Shown here piece by piece: positions 28,670 to 37,583 of a stretch of DNA of 64,000 nucleotides. Within the stretch, counting starts at the first letter, position 1. Each line of letters starts with the position of its first letter. Under the pieces are notes generated by a model. It worked only from the letters and a program-made list of their open reading frames with translations. It ran no database searches and was not told the origin of the DNA. A program made the position numbers and the translations under genes. The DNA comes from a bacterium (GTDB lineage Bacteria; JADJOY01): contig JAXLQJ010000032.1 of NCBI GenBank assembly GCA_046331705.1, positions 1 to 64,000 on the forward strand. The letters run 5' to 3'.

Positions 28670-30331
28670 TCAGAACTGGAAGTAGATGAACCCCACGGCT
28701 TCGCGCGCATGGAACACCACCAGCATCGTCATCGCGTAGGCGCACGCCGCGCTCTTGATCCAGAGCGGAGCGGAGCGGACGCGCGCAGGGCGCCGCTCGC
28801 CCCCCGCCATCCCCTCCAGCAGGAAGAGCGGCGCCGCCAGGTACGCCATGAACGCGAGCGTGGCGACGTCGGCCAGCCCGACCATCGAGATCCCCGCCGC
28901 GAGTCGGTGCAAGAACGCTCCGACCGTCGCCAGCGAATCGGCGCGGAAGAGCAACCAGCCGAAGCACGTGAGGTGGAACATCACGACGATCCGCACGAGG
29001 CGGCGCAGCTTCGCCGCGGCGTCGTTGCCCTCGACCACGTCCGAGAGCCCGAGAACCCGGAACACCACGAGCAGCCCGCCGTGGTACGCCCCCCACGCGA
29101 CGAAGGTCCAGTTGGCGCCGTGCCAGAGACCGCCGAGCAGCATCGTGATCCAGAGGTTCCGGTATTGCTTGGCGATCCCGTGCCGGTTTCCGCCCAGCGG
29201 GATGTAGAGGTAGTCGCGCAGCCAGCTCGACAAGCTGATGTGCCAGCGTCGCCAGAAGTCGCTGGGGCTCTGCGCGAGATAGGGCAGGTCGAAGTTCACG
29301 ACCAGCTCGTAGCCGAGGAACTTCGACACCCCGCGCGCGATCGACGAATAGCCGGAGAAATCGCCGTAGATCTGCAACGCGAACGCATAGAGTCCGATCA
29401 GCGCCTCGAGCCCGCCGATCGCGCCGCCGCCGCCGTTCGCGAGCCGGTCGAACACGCGATTGGCGATGGGCGCCACGTTGTCGGCGATCACCAGCTTCTT
29501 GAAGAGACCCACGACGATCAGCACCGCCCCCTCGCGAAACGCGGCGAGATCGAGCTTGCGCGGGCTCACGACCTGCGGCAGCAGCGTGTGCGCCCGCATG
29601 ATGGGGCCCGCCACCAGGTGCGGGAAGAAGCACACGAAGAGCGCGAAATCGCGGAAGCTGGTCGTGGGATGAGCATCCCCGCGGTAGATGTCGATCGTGT
29701 AGCTCATCGCCTGGAACGTGTAGAAGCTGATGCCGGCCGGCAGCACCAGCCCGAGCGCCACGGGCGAGACCGTGAGCCCCAGGCCGCTCAACAGCTCCGT
29801 CAGGCTCGCGGCGAAGAAGTCGAAGTACTTGAAGAAGCCGAGGATCACGAGGTTCGCCGTCAGGCTCACCCACACGAACGCCCGGCGCCGCGCGCGCTCG
29901 GGGAGTGCGTAGAGGTGCGGCAGCACCAGCCCGTAGATCGCGACGGCGGCGAGCGAGCCGAGGGGGATGGCGAACGCCCGCCACGCGTGCGGCAATGCCG
30001 CGAGCGCCGCGTGCCCATCCCGAGCGCGCAGCGCCTGCGCGAGCTCCGGATAGCGCACCTGGCTGCAGAGCACGAGCGCTGCGCCCACCAGCGCACCCGC
30101 GAGCAGCCACAGCTTGCGCCGCGGCACCTGCACGCCCGCGACCCCCAGCCCACCCACGTAGTCGATCATCGTCGACAGCAGGATCAGGAACAGGAAGCGG
30201 TAGTCCCACGCACCGTAGAACCCGTAGCTCGCGGCGAGCATCAGGGCGTTCTGCGCGCGGTGCGAGAGCCGCCAATACGGCAGCAGCACCGCCGCGAAGA
30301 AGATCCAGAACGTGAGGGTGTTGTAGTTCAC
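28670..30331 (-). CDS. MBOAT O-acyltransferase (AlgI/DltB-like)
   Basis: LPAGISFYTFQ, FPHLVAGPI, GLFKK, YGDFSGYS, FWRRWHISLS, GLWHGA. Confidence 0.93.
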   Translation of the reverse strand: MNYNTLTFWIFFAAVLLPYWRLSHRAQNALMLAASYGFYGAWDYRFLFLILLSTMIDYVGGLGVAGVQVPRRKLWLLAGALVGAALVLCSQVRYPELAQALRARDGHAALAALPHAWRAFAIPLGSLAAVAIYGLVLPHLYALPERARRRAFVWVSLTANLVILGFFKYFDFFAASLTELLSGLGLTVSPVALGLVLPAGISFYTFQAMSYTIDIYRGDAHPTTSFRDFALFVCFFPHLVAGPIMRAHTLLPQVVSPRKLDLAAFREGAVLIVVGLFKKLVIADNVAPIANRVFDRLANGGGGAIGGLEALIGLYAFALQIYGDFSGYSSIARGVSKFLGYELVVNFDLPYLAQSPSDFWRRWHISLSSWLRDYLYIPLGGNRHGIAKQYRNLWITMLLGGLWHGANWTFVAWGAYHGGLLVVFRVLGLSDVVEGNDAAAKLRRLVRIVVMFHLTCFGWLLFRADSLATVGAFLHRLAAGISMVGLADVATLAFMAYLAAPLFLLEGMAGGERRPARVRSAPLWIKSAACAYAMTMLVVFHAREAVGFIYFQF

Positions 30332-30439
30332 GGGCGCTCGGACGCGCGGCGCGCGGGACTCGGTGTGCGGCGGACCTTGTCATCGGCGCTGGCCAGGCTC
30401 AAGGGGCGGCCGTGCCGCTCGGCCGTGCCACCCGGCTGC

Positions 30440-30498
30440 GCCGCTCGACCGTCCGTTGCCGCTCGACCGTTGCCGCTCGACCGTTGCCGCTCGACCGT
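30440..30498. repeat. Short tandem repeat with 14-bp unit GCCGCTCGACCGTT
   Basis: Copies start at 30440 (followed by a 4-nt insertion), 30458, 30472 and 30486 (last base differs). Confidence 0.85.
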
Positions 30499-30544
30499 CT
30501 TGACTCGCCGTCGACGGCGCGCTGTATGTTGCAACCGCATCGTT

Positions 30545-30618
30545 GCGCCCATAGCTCAGGTGGACAGAGCGACGGCCTTCTAAGCCGTAGGTCGCAGGTT
30601 CGAACCCTGCTGGGCGCG
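30545..30618 (+). tRNA. tRNA-Arg (anticodon UCU); 3' CCA not encoded
   Basis: Acceptor stem GCGCCCA/TGGGCGC, D-arm GCTC/GAGC, anticodon stem ACGGC-CTTCTAA-GCCGT, T-loop GGTTCGAAC. Confidence 0.95.
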
Positions 30619-30662
30619 CCCGCCACCGAAGGTGTGCCGTCGAGCGACTGGAAAGAGCGACG

Positions 30663-32939
30663 ATGGGCGAGATCCCGGCCGAGTCCACGGACGCCGTCTC
30701 GACGCTGACCCGCGTCTGGCGCTCGCTGGACCGGCTCATCCCGGAACGGCTGCTCGCGGGAGCGCCGGACATCGCCTTTCGCTCGCGGCTCAACGCCGCG
30801 TTCGCGGTGATCGTGTTCGCCACCGCCATCGGCTACTCGGTGATCCACGCCTCGATCGGCGCTGGCGAGATCGCCACCGCCGACCTGGTGGCCGCGCTGG
30901 GGATCGCCTTCATGCCGGCGGTGCTGCGGCGCACGCGCTCCTTCCGGATCGCCACGAACTACGGGCTGGCGGTGATCTTCCTGCACCTCGGCTTCGTGAC
31001 CGCCGTGACCGGCGGCCTGCTGGCGCCGGCGCTGCAGTTCAACACCGCGCTGGTCGTGGGCGCGCTCTTGCTCGCCGGGGCGGGGTCGGGAGTCTTCTGG
31101 ACGGCGATGTGCGTGCTCGAGGTGGCCGCGTTCTACGCGCTCGAGCGCGCCGGCACGCCGCTACCGCTGCTCCAGACGCCCGCCAGCATCCAGTTCATGT
31201 GGATGCCGACCACCATCGGCATCGAGCTCGTGACGCTGGGCCTCGCCCAGGTCTACGAGAGCTTCAAGAACCGCATGCTCGCCGAGCTGCGCGACACCAA
31301 TCGCGCGCTCGAGCGCACCCATCGCGAGCTCGGCGACACGAACCGGGCGCTCGGCGTCGCCCGCGACCAAGCCGAGGCCGCGACGCGCGCCAAGGCCGAG
31401 TTCCTCGCGAACATGAGCCACGAGATCCGCACGCCGATGAACGCCGTGATCGGCATGACCGGGCTCTTGCTCGACAAGGGCATCAGCGACGAGCAGCGCG
31501 AGTACGTCGAGACGGTGCGCTCGAGCGGCGAGCACCTGCTCACGATCATCAACGACATCCTCGACTTCTCGAAGATCGAGGCCGGCAAGCTCGAGCTCGA
31601 GGTGCAGCCGTTCCGGCTCTCGCGCTGCATCGAGGATTGCATCGATCTGGTGGCATTGCCCGCCACCCAGAAGGGCCTGGAGCTGACGTGGTACGTGGAG
31701 CGCCGCTGCCCGAACGAGCTCGTGGGAGACGTCGGCCGCATCCGCCAGGTGCTCGTCAACCTGCTCGGCAACGCCGTCAAGTTCACCAAGCACGGGGAGA
31801 TCGTGGTGCTGGTCGACGGCCGCGAGCTCGATCGCCAGACCGCGGAGATCAGCGTGCGCGTTCGCGACACGGGAATCGGCATTCCCGCGGACCGGATCCA
31901 CCGCCTCTTCCAGCCCTTCAGCCAGGTCGACGCCTCCACCACCCGCGAGTTCGGCGGCACCGGGCTCGGCCTGGTGGTCTCGCGACGCCTCTGCGAGCTC
32001 ATGGGCGGCACGATCGGTGTGGAGAGCGAGCCGGGACGCGGATCGACGTTCGGGTTCACCGTGCAGTGCGGAATCGCCGAGGCGGCGACCCGTCCCGCGA
32101 CGGCGATCGCCTCGCGCGTGCTCTTCGGCAAGCGCGTGTTGATCGTCGACGACAACGCCACCAATTGCCGCATCCTCCACGACTACGCCGAGCTCTGGCT
32201 CATGCAGCCCGTGGTCACGAGCTCGCCGCGCGAGGCCCTCGCGCGGCTCGACCGCGGCGAGCCGTTCGACCTCGCGCTCCTCGACTTCCAGATGCCGGAG
32301 ATGGATGGCGCGTCGCTCGGCGCGGCGATCCGCGCGCGACGGGACGCACGCTCGCTGCCGATGGCGCTGCTCACGTCGATGAGCAGCGGCGGCAACGAAG
32401 CGCGCGCCCGCGGCGTCACGTTCGAGGGCTACCTGACCAAGCCGATCAAGCCGAGCGCCTTGCTCGAGGTGGTGACCGCGCTGGTCACCGGCACCGTGCC
32501 CGCGGGCCGCGCGCGCGACGGCGCGGTGACGGCGACGGTGGACCCCGAGCTGGCGAGGCGTCATCCGCTGCGGATCCTGCTCGCCGAGGACAACCGTGTG
32601 AACCAGAAGGTCGCGCTCAGCATGCTCGCACGCCTCGGCTTCACGGCGGACGTGGCGGCCAACGGCCACGAGGCGCTGGAATGCCTCACCCGCTTGCCCT
32701 ACGACGTGGTGCTCATGGACGTGCAGATGCCGGAGCTCGACGGTTTCGAGGCCACCCACGAGATCTGCCGCCGCTGGCCGGGCGAGCGACAGCCGTACAT
32801 CATCGCGATGACGGCGAATGCCATGGCCGGCGACCGCGAGCGATGCGTCGCCGCGGGCATGCACGATTACATCTCGAAGCCGGTGCGCATCGAGGAGCTC
32901 GCCTCCGCCCTCACCCGCTGCCCACGCCGCAAGCGCTGA
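30663..32939 (+). CDS. Membrane hybrid sensor histidine kinase with two receiver domains
   Basis: N-terminal TMs; [32 protein letters not shown]; two REC domains (VDDN..LDFQMP; AEDN..MDVQMP). Confidence 0.95.
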   Translation: MGEIPAESTDAVSTLTRVWRSLDRLIPERLLAGAPDIAFRSRLNAAFAVIVFATAIGYSVIHASIGAGEIATADLVAALGIAFMPAVLRRTRSFRIATNYGLAVIFLHLGFVTAVTGGLLAPALQFNTALVVGALLLAGAGSGVFWTAMCVLEVAAFYALERAGTPLPLLQTPASIQFMWMPTTIGIELVTLGLAQVYESFKNRMLAELRDTNRALERTHRELGDTNRALGVARDQAEAATRAKAEFLANMSHEIRTPMNAVIGMTGLLLDKGISDEQREYVETVRSSGEHLLTIINDILDFSKIEAGKLELEVQPFRLSRCIEDCIDLVALPATQKGLELTWYVERRCPNELVGDVGRIRQVLVNLLGNAVKFTKHGEIVVLVDGRELDRQTAEISVRVRDTGIGIPADRIHRLFQPFSQVDASTTREFGGTGLGLVVSRRLCELMGGTIGVESEPGRGSTFGFTVQCGIAEAATRPATAIASRVLFGKRVLIVDDNATNCRILHDYAELWLMQPVVTSSPREALARLDRGEPFDLALLDFQMPEMDGASLGAAIRARRDARSLPMALLTSMSSGGNEARARGVTFEGYLTKPIKPSALLEVVTALVTGTVPAGRARDGAVTATVDPELARRHPLRILLAEDNRVNQKVALSMLARLGFTADVAANGHEALECLTRLPYDVVLMDVQMPELDGFEATHEICRRWPGERQPYIIAMTANAMAGDRERCVAAGMHDYISKPVRIEELASALTRCPRRKR

Positions 32940-33197
32940 GACGCGCCGGCGAACGCAACGCCTCGAGCCCATCAAGGCATGGTTGGACTCTCGCCCAGGA
33001 CGAGCACGCGGGTCGCGAGGTCTTTGCAGTCGGCGGCGGCGGGCACGATGTCCACATCCAGGCGACAGCCGAGTCCGCGCCGCGGCCGCAAGCCGCACGC
33101 CAACCGACGTCCACCCGTTCGGGCTGCTGCGCGAAACCACCCCCCTGCTCGACCGTCTCCCTTCACCGCTGCACTGGCCCGTCGCGCGGCGTTGGCG

Positions 33198-34874
33198 TCA
33201 GCGCGCGGAGGTGGGCGCGTCGCGGACCATCGCCATCCCGAAGATGGTGGTGGTGTAGAGGACACCGCCGTCGGGGTGGAGGAAGAGTGAGCCCGCCCAG
33301 TTGTTGAAGCCCTGCCCGGCGCCGACGCGGAGCCGGTACACCGTGCGGCCGGTCGTCACGTCGATGGCGCTCAGATACCACTGGGTGACCGGCTCGAGGT
33401 CGTCGCCGCGGAAGTACGTGTAGACGAGCCCGGCGTCGCGCGAGAGCTTGGCCACGTTCACGCCGCGCACCGGGCTCTCCCACACCGTCTCGCAACGGAA
33501 GCCGCCGTCGGGAAGGCGGATCGCATCCACGCGCGTGAGCCCTGGCTCGGGATGCGCGACCGGGAACGAGTGCGGGCCCCAGTTGTTCTCGAAGATCGCC
33601 GCGAAGTGACCGGTGGGGGCGCCTTGCTCGTCGGCGAGCTCGAGCTCCATGCCGCTGATGTCGGTGGCGCTGCGGCCTTCGGCGAAGAGCGGCTCGCTGC
33701 ACGCGACCGTCCCGTCGGCGCGCCGCACGAAGAGCGCGTGAATGCGCGGCTCCGCGTTGTCGGTGATCACCACCAGCCCGTCGGCGCCGCCGACCAGCGA
33801 CACCGAGGTGCCCGTGCCACGCGTGATCATGCCGGGCTTCGCGGCCGGCCCGCGGTCGTACTCGGCGCGCCAGTCCGTGACGATGCCGCCCTCGTCGTCC
33901 GCGTGGAAGCGGTAGAGCGCGCGATCGGTCGCGATGAAGACTCCGTCCTCGCCGACGGCGAACGAGTTCTCGACGATCTCGTCGCCCATGCGGGTCGCGT
34001 GCACGTGGCCATCGCCCACGTCGACGGTGCCGATCATCCCCCGAGTCGTCGCGTACCAGAACCGACGGCCGCTCCACTCGGGGAGCACCCAGGCGACGCT
34101 GTCCCGCTCGGGCCACTCGAGCGCGGCCACGTGGGCACTCAGGTCGTAGCGCCGCACCGAGCGCATGCCGCGCGCGGGGTCGTCGGGCACCTCGACCACC
34201 TCGATCGCGTTCTCCGTCGTGGGCACGACCGCTCGATCCCGCTCGTCGAGATAGAAGTACATGCCCGCGCCGATGTACTTCCAGGGCGCGATCCCCTCGA
34301 GTGGGAACGACCACGGCCGCGGCGGCAGCGGATAGGCGGCGAGCTTGCGCAGCGTGTCCGGATCGAGGAGTTGGATCTCGAAGCCGCGGCCATTTCCATA
34401 GACGCCGACGATGCGCTTGCGGCGATCGAATGCAATCGTGCCGAAACCGCCGAACCCCTGGGAGCGGGTACGCACCTCGGGCGCGCGGCCGACAGGTCCG
34501 GGCGCCCGGTAGGTGTCGGTCATGGCGGCGTCGTCGTGCATGTTGCTGCCGGGATTCGCCGCCATGAAGGGGTGCTGCGCAGGCGCGACGGTGCGCAGCG
34601 GCTCGGCGAAGTCGAGCGCCTCGTAGCGCTCCAGCTGACCGCCAGGCCGAGCGGGCGACGGAGCGTCGCCGGCCGGCGGCGACAGCAGCGCCCACGCCTC
34701 CCGCGGAAAGAAGAGCCAGCCGGGGATCGGACGCGGCGCGCCGGCATCGTCGCCGCCGCAGGCGGCGATGAGCAGCACCCACGCGGAACCGAGCGCGAGC
34801 GCGCGGGCGATCTGCTTCGTGCGCGCGGGCCCGGTGTCTGCCGCGGCACGGCGGATGCGAAGGTTCGAGGTCAT
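33198..34874 (-). CDS. Hypothetical lipoprotein, probably beta-propeller-like
   Basis: IAA-CGGDD lipobox; beta-rich repeats; ATGA overlap with the sulfotransferase gene. Confidence 0.75.
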   Translation of the reverse strand: MTSNLRIRRAAADTGPARTKQIARALALGSAWVLLIAACGGDDAGAPRPIPGWLFFPREAWALLSPPAGDAPSPARPGGQLERYEALDFAEPLRTVAPAQHPFMAANPGSNMHDDAAMTDTYRAPGPVGRAPEVRTRSQGFGGFGTIAFDRRKRIVGVYGNGRGFEIQLLDPDTLRKLAAYPLPPRPWSFPLEGIAPWKYIGAGMYFYLDERDRAVVPTTENAIEVVEVPDDPARGMRSVRRYDLSAHVAALEWPERDSVAWVLPEWSGRRFWYATTRGMIGTVDVGDGHVHATRMGDEIVENSFAVGEDGVFIATDRALYRFHADDEGGIVTDWRAEYDRGPAAKPGMITRGTGTSVSLVGGADGLVVITDNAEPRIHALFVRRADGTVACSEPLFAEGRSATDISGMELELADEQGAPTGHFAAIFENNWGPHSFPVAHPEPGLTRVDAIRLPDGGFRCETVWESPVRGVNVAKLSRDAGLVYTYFRGDDLEPVTQWYLSAIDVTTGRTVYRLRVGAGQGFNNWAGSLFLHPDGGVLYTTTIFGMAMVRDAPTSAR

Positions 34875-35989
34875 GGCACCGCCGCGAGACGCGGGTAGTT
34901 CCATTCCTCGAGCGCGAAACCCCAACGTCGGCTCACCTGCTCCGCGACGGCTGCGTCGACGCGGTACTCGTTCTTGCGAAACTCGCCGATTCCGTCGAGA
35001 TACGCGCGAAAGCGCGGCAGCGCCGCCTCGAAACCCGCGAGCCCGAGCTCGCCGTACACGCGGGCGAGCTCTTCGAGCGGACGCGCTTCGAGCTCCTCGT
35101 AGCGAACCTCGGTGAGCTGGCCCGGCGGGATCGACGCCCGCTCGGCCAGGTACTTGCGCATCAAGCGGTCGTAGATCGCGAGCACCAGCTCCTCGATCTC
35201 CGCCTCCGAGACCCGCTGCAAGGCCGCCTTGGCGAGCACCACGCGATAGATGCCGAGCGTCGACGGCAGCACGCGGTGCGGATCGCGCACGATGTGCACG
35301 AAGCGGGCGCGCGGAAAGAGCTCGAGCAAGGTCGAGATCCGGCCGGTGTTGCTCGGATCCTTGAGCACGAGCCTACGGCCGCGCGCCGCGTACGTCGCCT
35401 TGCGCAGCACGCCGAGATAGGCATCGATCCACTCGCGCCGCTCACGTGGGGCGAGCCCCTCGAGCAACCCGTAGCGCGCGAAGATCGACAGCCCTTGGCG
35501 GGGCAGCGTGAAGACGTGCAGCGAGGCGCCAGGCGTGACGTTGGCGAGCGCGAACGCTTCCTCCTGGGGCGCGTCCAGGGCGAGGGGCATGTTGTCGATC
35601 TCGCGCGTCGGGTGGCTCCTCGCGAGCGTGCGCTCGAGCCACGGCTTGCCGTGTCGCGCGGCGATCAAGCAGAAGCCCGGCACCATCGCCTGGAAGGTCG
35701 ACACGCAGCCGAACTGCTCGTCCTGGGCCAGCAGGTTGAGCAGGTGGGTCGTCCCCGTGCGCCAATGGCCGAGCACGAAGAGCGGCTCCGGATGGGGCGT
35801 GGACGCGGCGACCGACGCCCCGAAGCGCAGCCGCTCGGCGAACCTGAGCGGGCTGGTCGCCAACGTGGTGAGGCCGACGGCGGCGACCCTCGGCCAGAGC
35901 TCGGGATCGATGGTCTCGGCCGTCCGCACCAGCCGGATCCAGCTCCGAAACGAGCCCAACGCCACGGGGTGCTCGAACCAGTTGGTCAT
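34871..35989 (-). CDS. PAPS-dependent sulfotransferase
   Basis: LFVLGHWRTGTTHL 5'-PSB loop; LVLKDP; FVHIVRDP..V..S; VRYEEL. Confidence 0.9.
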   Translation of the reverse strand: MTNWFEHPVALGSFRSWIRLVRTAETIDPELWPRVAAVGLTTLATSPLRFAERLRFGASVAASTPHPEPLFVLGHWRTGTTHLLNLLAQDEQFGCVSTFQAMVPGFCLIAARHGKPWLERTLARSHPTREIDNMPLALDAPQEEAFALANVTPGASLHVFTLPRQGLSIFARYGLLEGLAPRERREWIDAYLGVLRKATYAARGRRLVLKDPSNTGRISTLLELFPRARFVHIVRDPHRVLPSTLGIYRVVLAKAALQRVSEAEIEELVLAIYDRLMRKYLAERASIPPGQLTEVRYEELEARPLEELARVYGELGLAGFEAALPRFRAYLDGIGEFRKNEYRVDAAVAEQVSRRWGFALEEWNYPRLAAVP

Positions 35990-36133
35990 CGGAGGCAAAG
36001 CGCGCGAATGGCGCCGGGAATGACCGCGGCGCGCGCGCTCGCGAGGGCGCGAGCGCGACGGCGCGCGAGCCTTGATCGAGTGGAGACGCGAAAGTACGCT
36101 CCTTTTTCTCCCGTTGTGAGAGGGGCAAACGCC

Positions 36134-37573
36134 ATGACCACGCTCGCCGACAAAGACACCCACGCCATCCTCGACCGCCTCGCCAAGGCCAACGACGCGT
36201 TCCGAGGCTTCTACCCCGGCGACCCCGTCGATCGCCAGCCGGTTCACACGGTCTACGGCGGGGCGCATCTCTTCAAGGCCGACCTGGCCAAGAAGCTCGG
36301 CGGCCTCGCCCTCAAGGCGCTCGACGAGTACGCGCCCAATTTCGTGTCGTTCGCGAAGGCTCTCCAGATGCCGGGGCACGAGACGTTGCCGGATCGGATG
36401 AGCGACGTGGAGGCACTCACCGAGGCGCTGCGCGCGGGCGGCGGGCACAAGCACACGGTCTACGAGCCGGCCTGGCTCGCCTACACCGTCTATCAGCGGG
36501 TCCGCGAGAAGCTCGCCCGCGAGCCCATCGAAGAGAGCCGCCTGGACTTCGAGGACGGCTACGGCAACCGCCCCGACGCCGAGGAAGATGGCCACGCGGC
36601 GTCGGCCGCGGAGGAAGTCGCGAAGGGCATGGCCGCCAAGACGCTGCCCCCGTTCATCGGCTTCCGCATCAAGTCGTTCACCGAGGAATGCCGCGTACGC
36701 GCGGTGCGTACCCTGGACATCTTCCTGACGAGCTTGGCGACCAAGACCGGCGGCAAGGTGCCGAGCCCGTTCGTGGTGACGCTGCCCAAGGTCACGATCC
36801 CCGAGCAAGTGGCGGCGCTGGCCGACCTGCTCGATCTCCTCGAGGAGCGCCTCAAGATCGCGCAGGGCGCGGTCGGCATCGACATCATGATCGAGACGCC
36901 GCAGTCGATCATCGACGCCGACGGCGGGAACGCGGTCTACAAGCTGGTGCGCGCGGGGCGTGGCCGGGTACGATCGGCGGCGTATGGGACGTACGACTAC
37001 ACGGCGCTCTGCAACATCACGGCGGCCTTCCAGCGCCACACCCACCGCGCCGCGGACTTCGCGCGCCACGTCATGCAAGTGGGCCTGGCCCAGACGGGCG
37101 TGATGATCTGCGACGGCTCGACCACCATCATGCCGATCGGCCCGCACCGCGCCAGTGCCGAGAAGCCGCTCACTCCCGAGCAGCAGGCCGAGAACCGCGC
37201 GGTGGTGCACTCGGCGTGGAAGCTCCACTACGACAACGTGCGGCACTCGCTCTCCCACGGCTACTACCAGGGCTGGGACCTGAATCCCGCGCAGCTCCCC
37301 ATCCGCTACGCCGCGGTCTACCGGTTCTTCCTCGAGAGCCTCGCGGACGCCTCGAACCGCCTCAATCGATTCATCGACGCCGCCGCCAAGGCGACGCTCA
37401 TCGGCAACACCTTCGACGACGCGGCCACCGGCCAAGGCCTCCTCAACTTCTACCTGCGCGGCATCGCGTGTGGTGCGATCACCGAAGAGGAAGCGCTCAC
37501 CACGGGCATCACGCTCGAGGAGCTGCGCGGCCGCTCGTTCGTGAAGATCGTCAAGAACCGCGCGACGGCGTGA
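36134..37573 (+). CDS. CitE/HpcH-like TIM-barrel lyase (DUF6986-type)
   Basis: RQPVHTVYGGAHLF, RLDFEDGYG, TLPKV, MIETPQS, GTYDYTA, YYQGWDLNPAQL. Confidence 0.8.
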   Translation: MTTLADKDTHAILDRLAKANDAFRGFYPGDPVDRQPVHTVYGGAHLFKADLAKKLGGLALKALDEYAPNFVSFAKALQMPGHETLPDRMSDVEALTEALRAGGGHKHTVYEPAWLAYTVYQRVREKLAREPIEESRLDFEDGYGNRPDAEEDGHAASAAEEVAKGMAAKTLPPFIGFRIKSFTEECRVRAVRTLDIFLTSLATKTGGKVPSPFVVTLPKVTIPEQVAALADLLDLLEERLKIAQGAVGIDIMIETPQSIIDADGGNAVYKLVRAGRGRVRSAAYGTYDYTALCNITAAFQRHTHRAADFARHVMQVGLAQTGVMICDGSTTIMPIGPHRASAEKPLTPEQQAENRAVVHSAWKLHYDNVRHSLSHGYYQGWDLNPAQLPIRYAAVYRFFLESLADASNRLNRFIDAAAKATLIGNTFDDAATGQGLLNFYLRGIACGAITEEEALTTGITLEELRGRSFVKIVKNRATA

Positions 37574-37583
37574 GGCGAACCGC

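Noticed and set aside
30440-30498. Possible CRISPR array
   Set aside because: 14-bp head-to-tail units with no spacers and no cas genes; it is a simple tandem repeat.
30545-30663. tRNA as the integration site of a genomic island
   Set aside because: No integrase nearby and no duplicated tRNA 3' end seen in the window.
32940-33197. Short ORFs in the gap between convergent genes
   Set aside because: No RBS, motif or codon signal that I can support.
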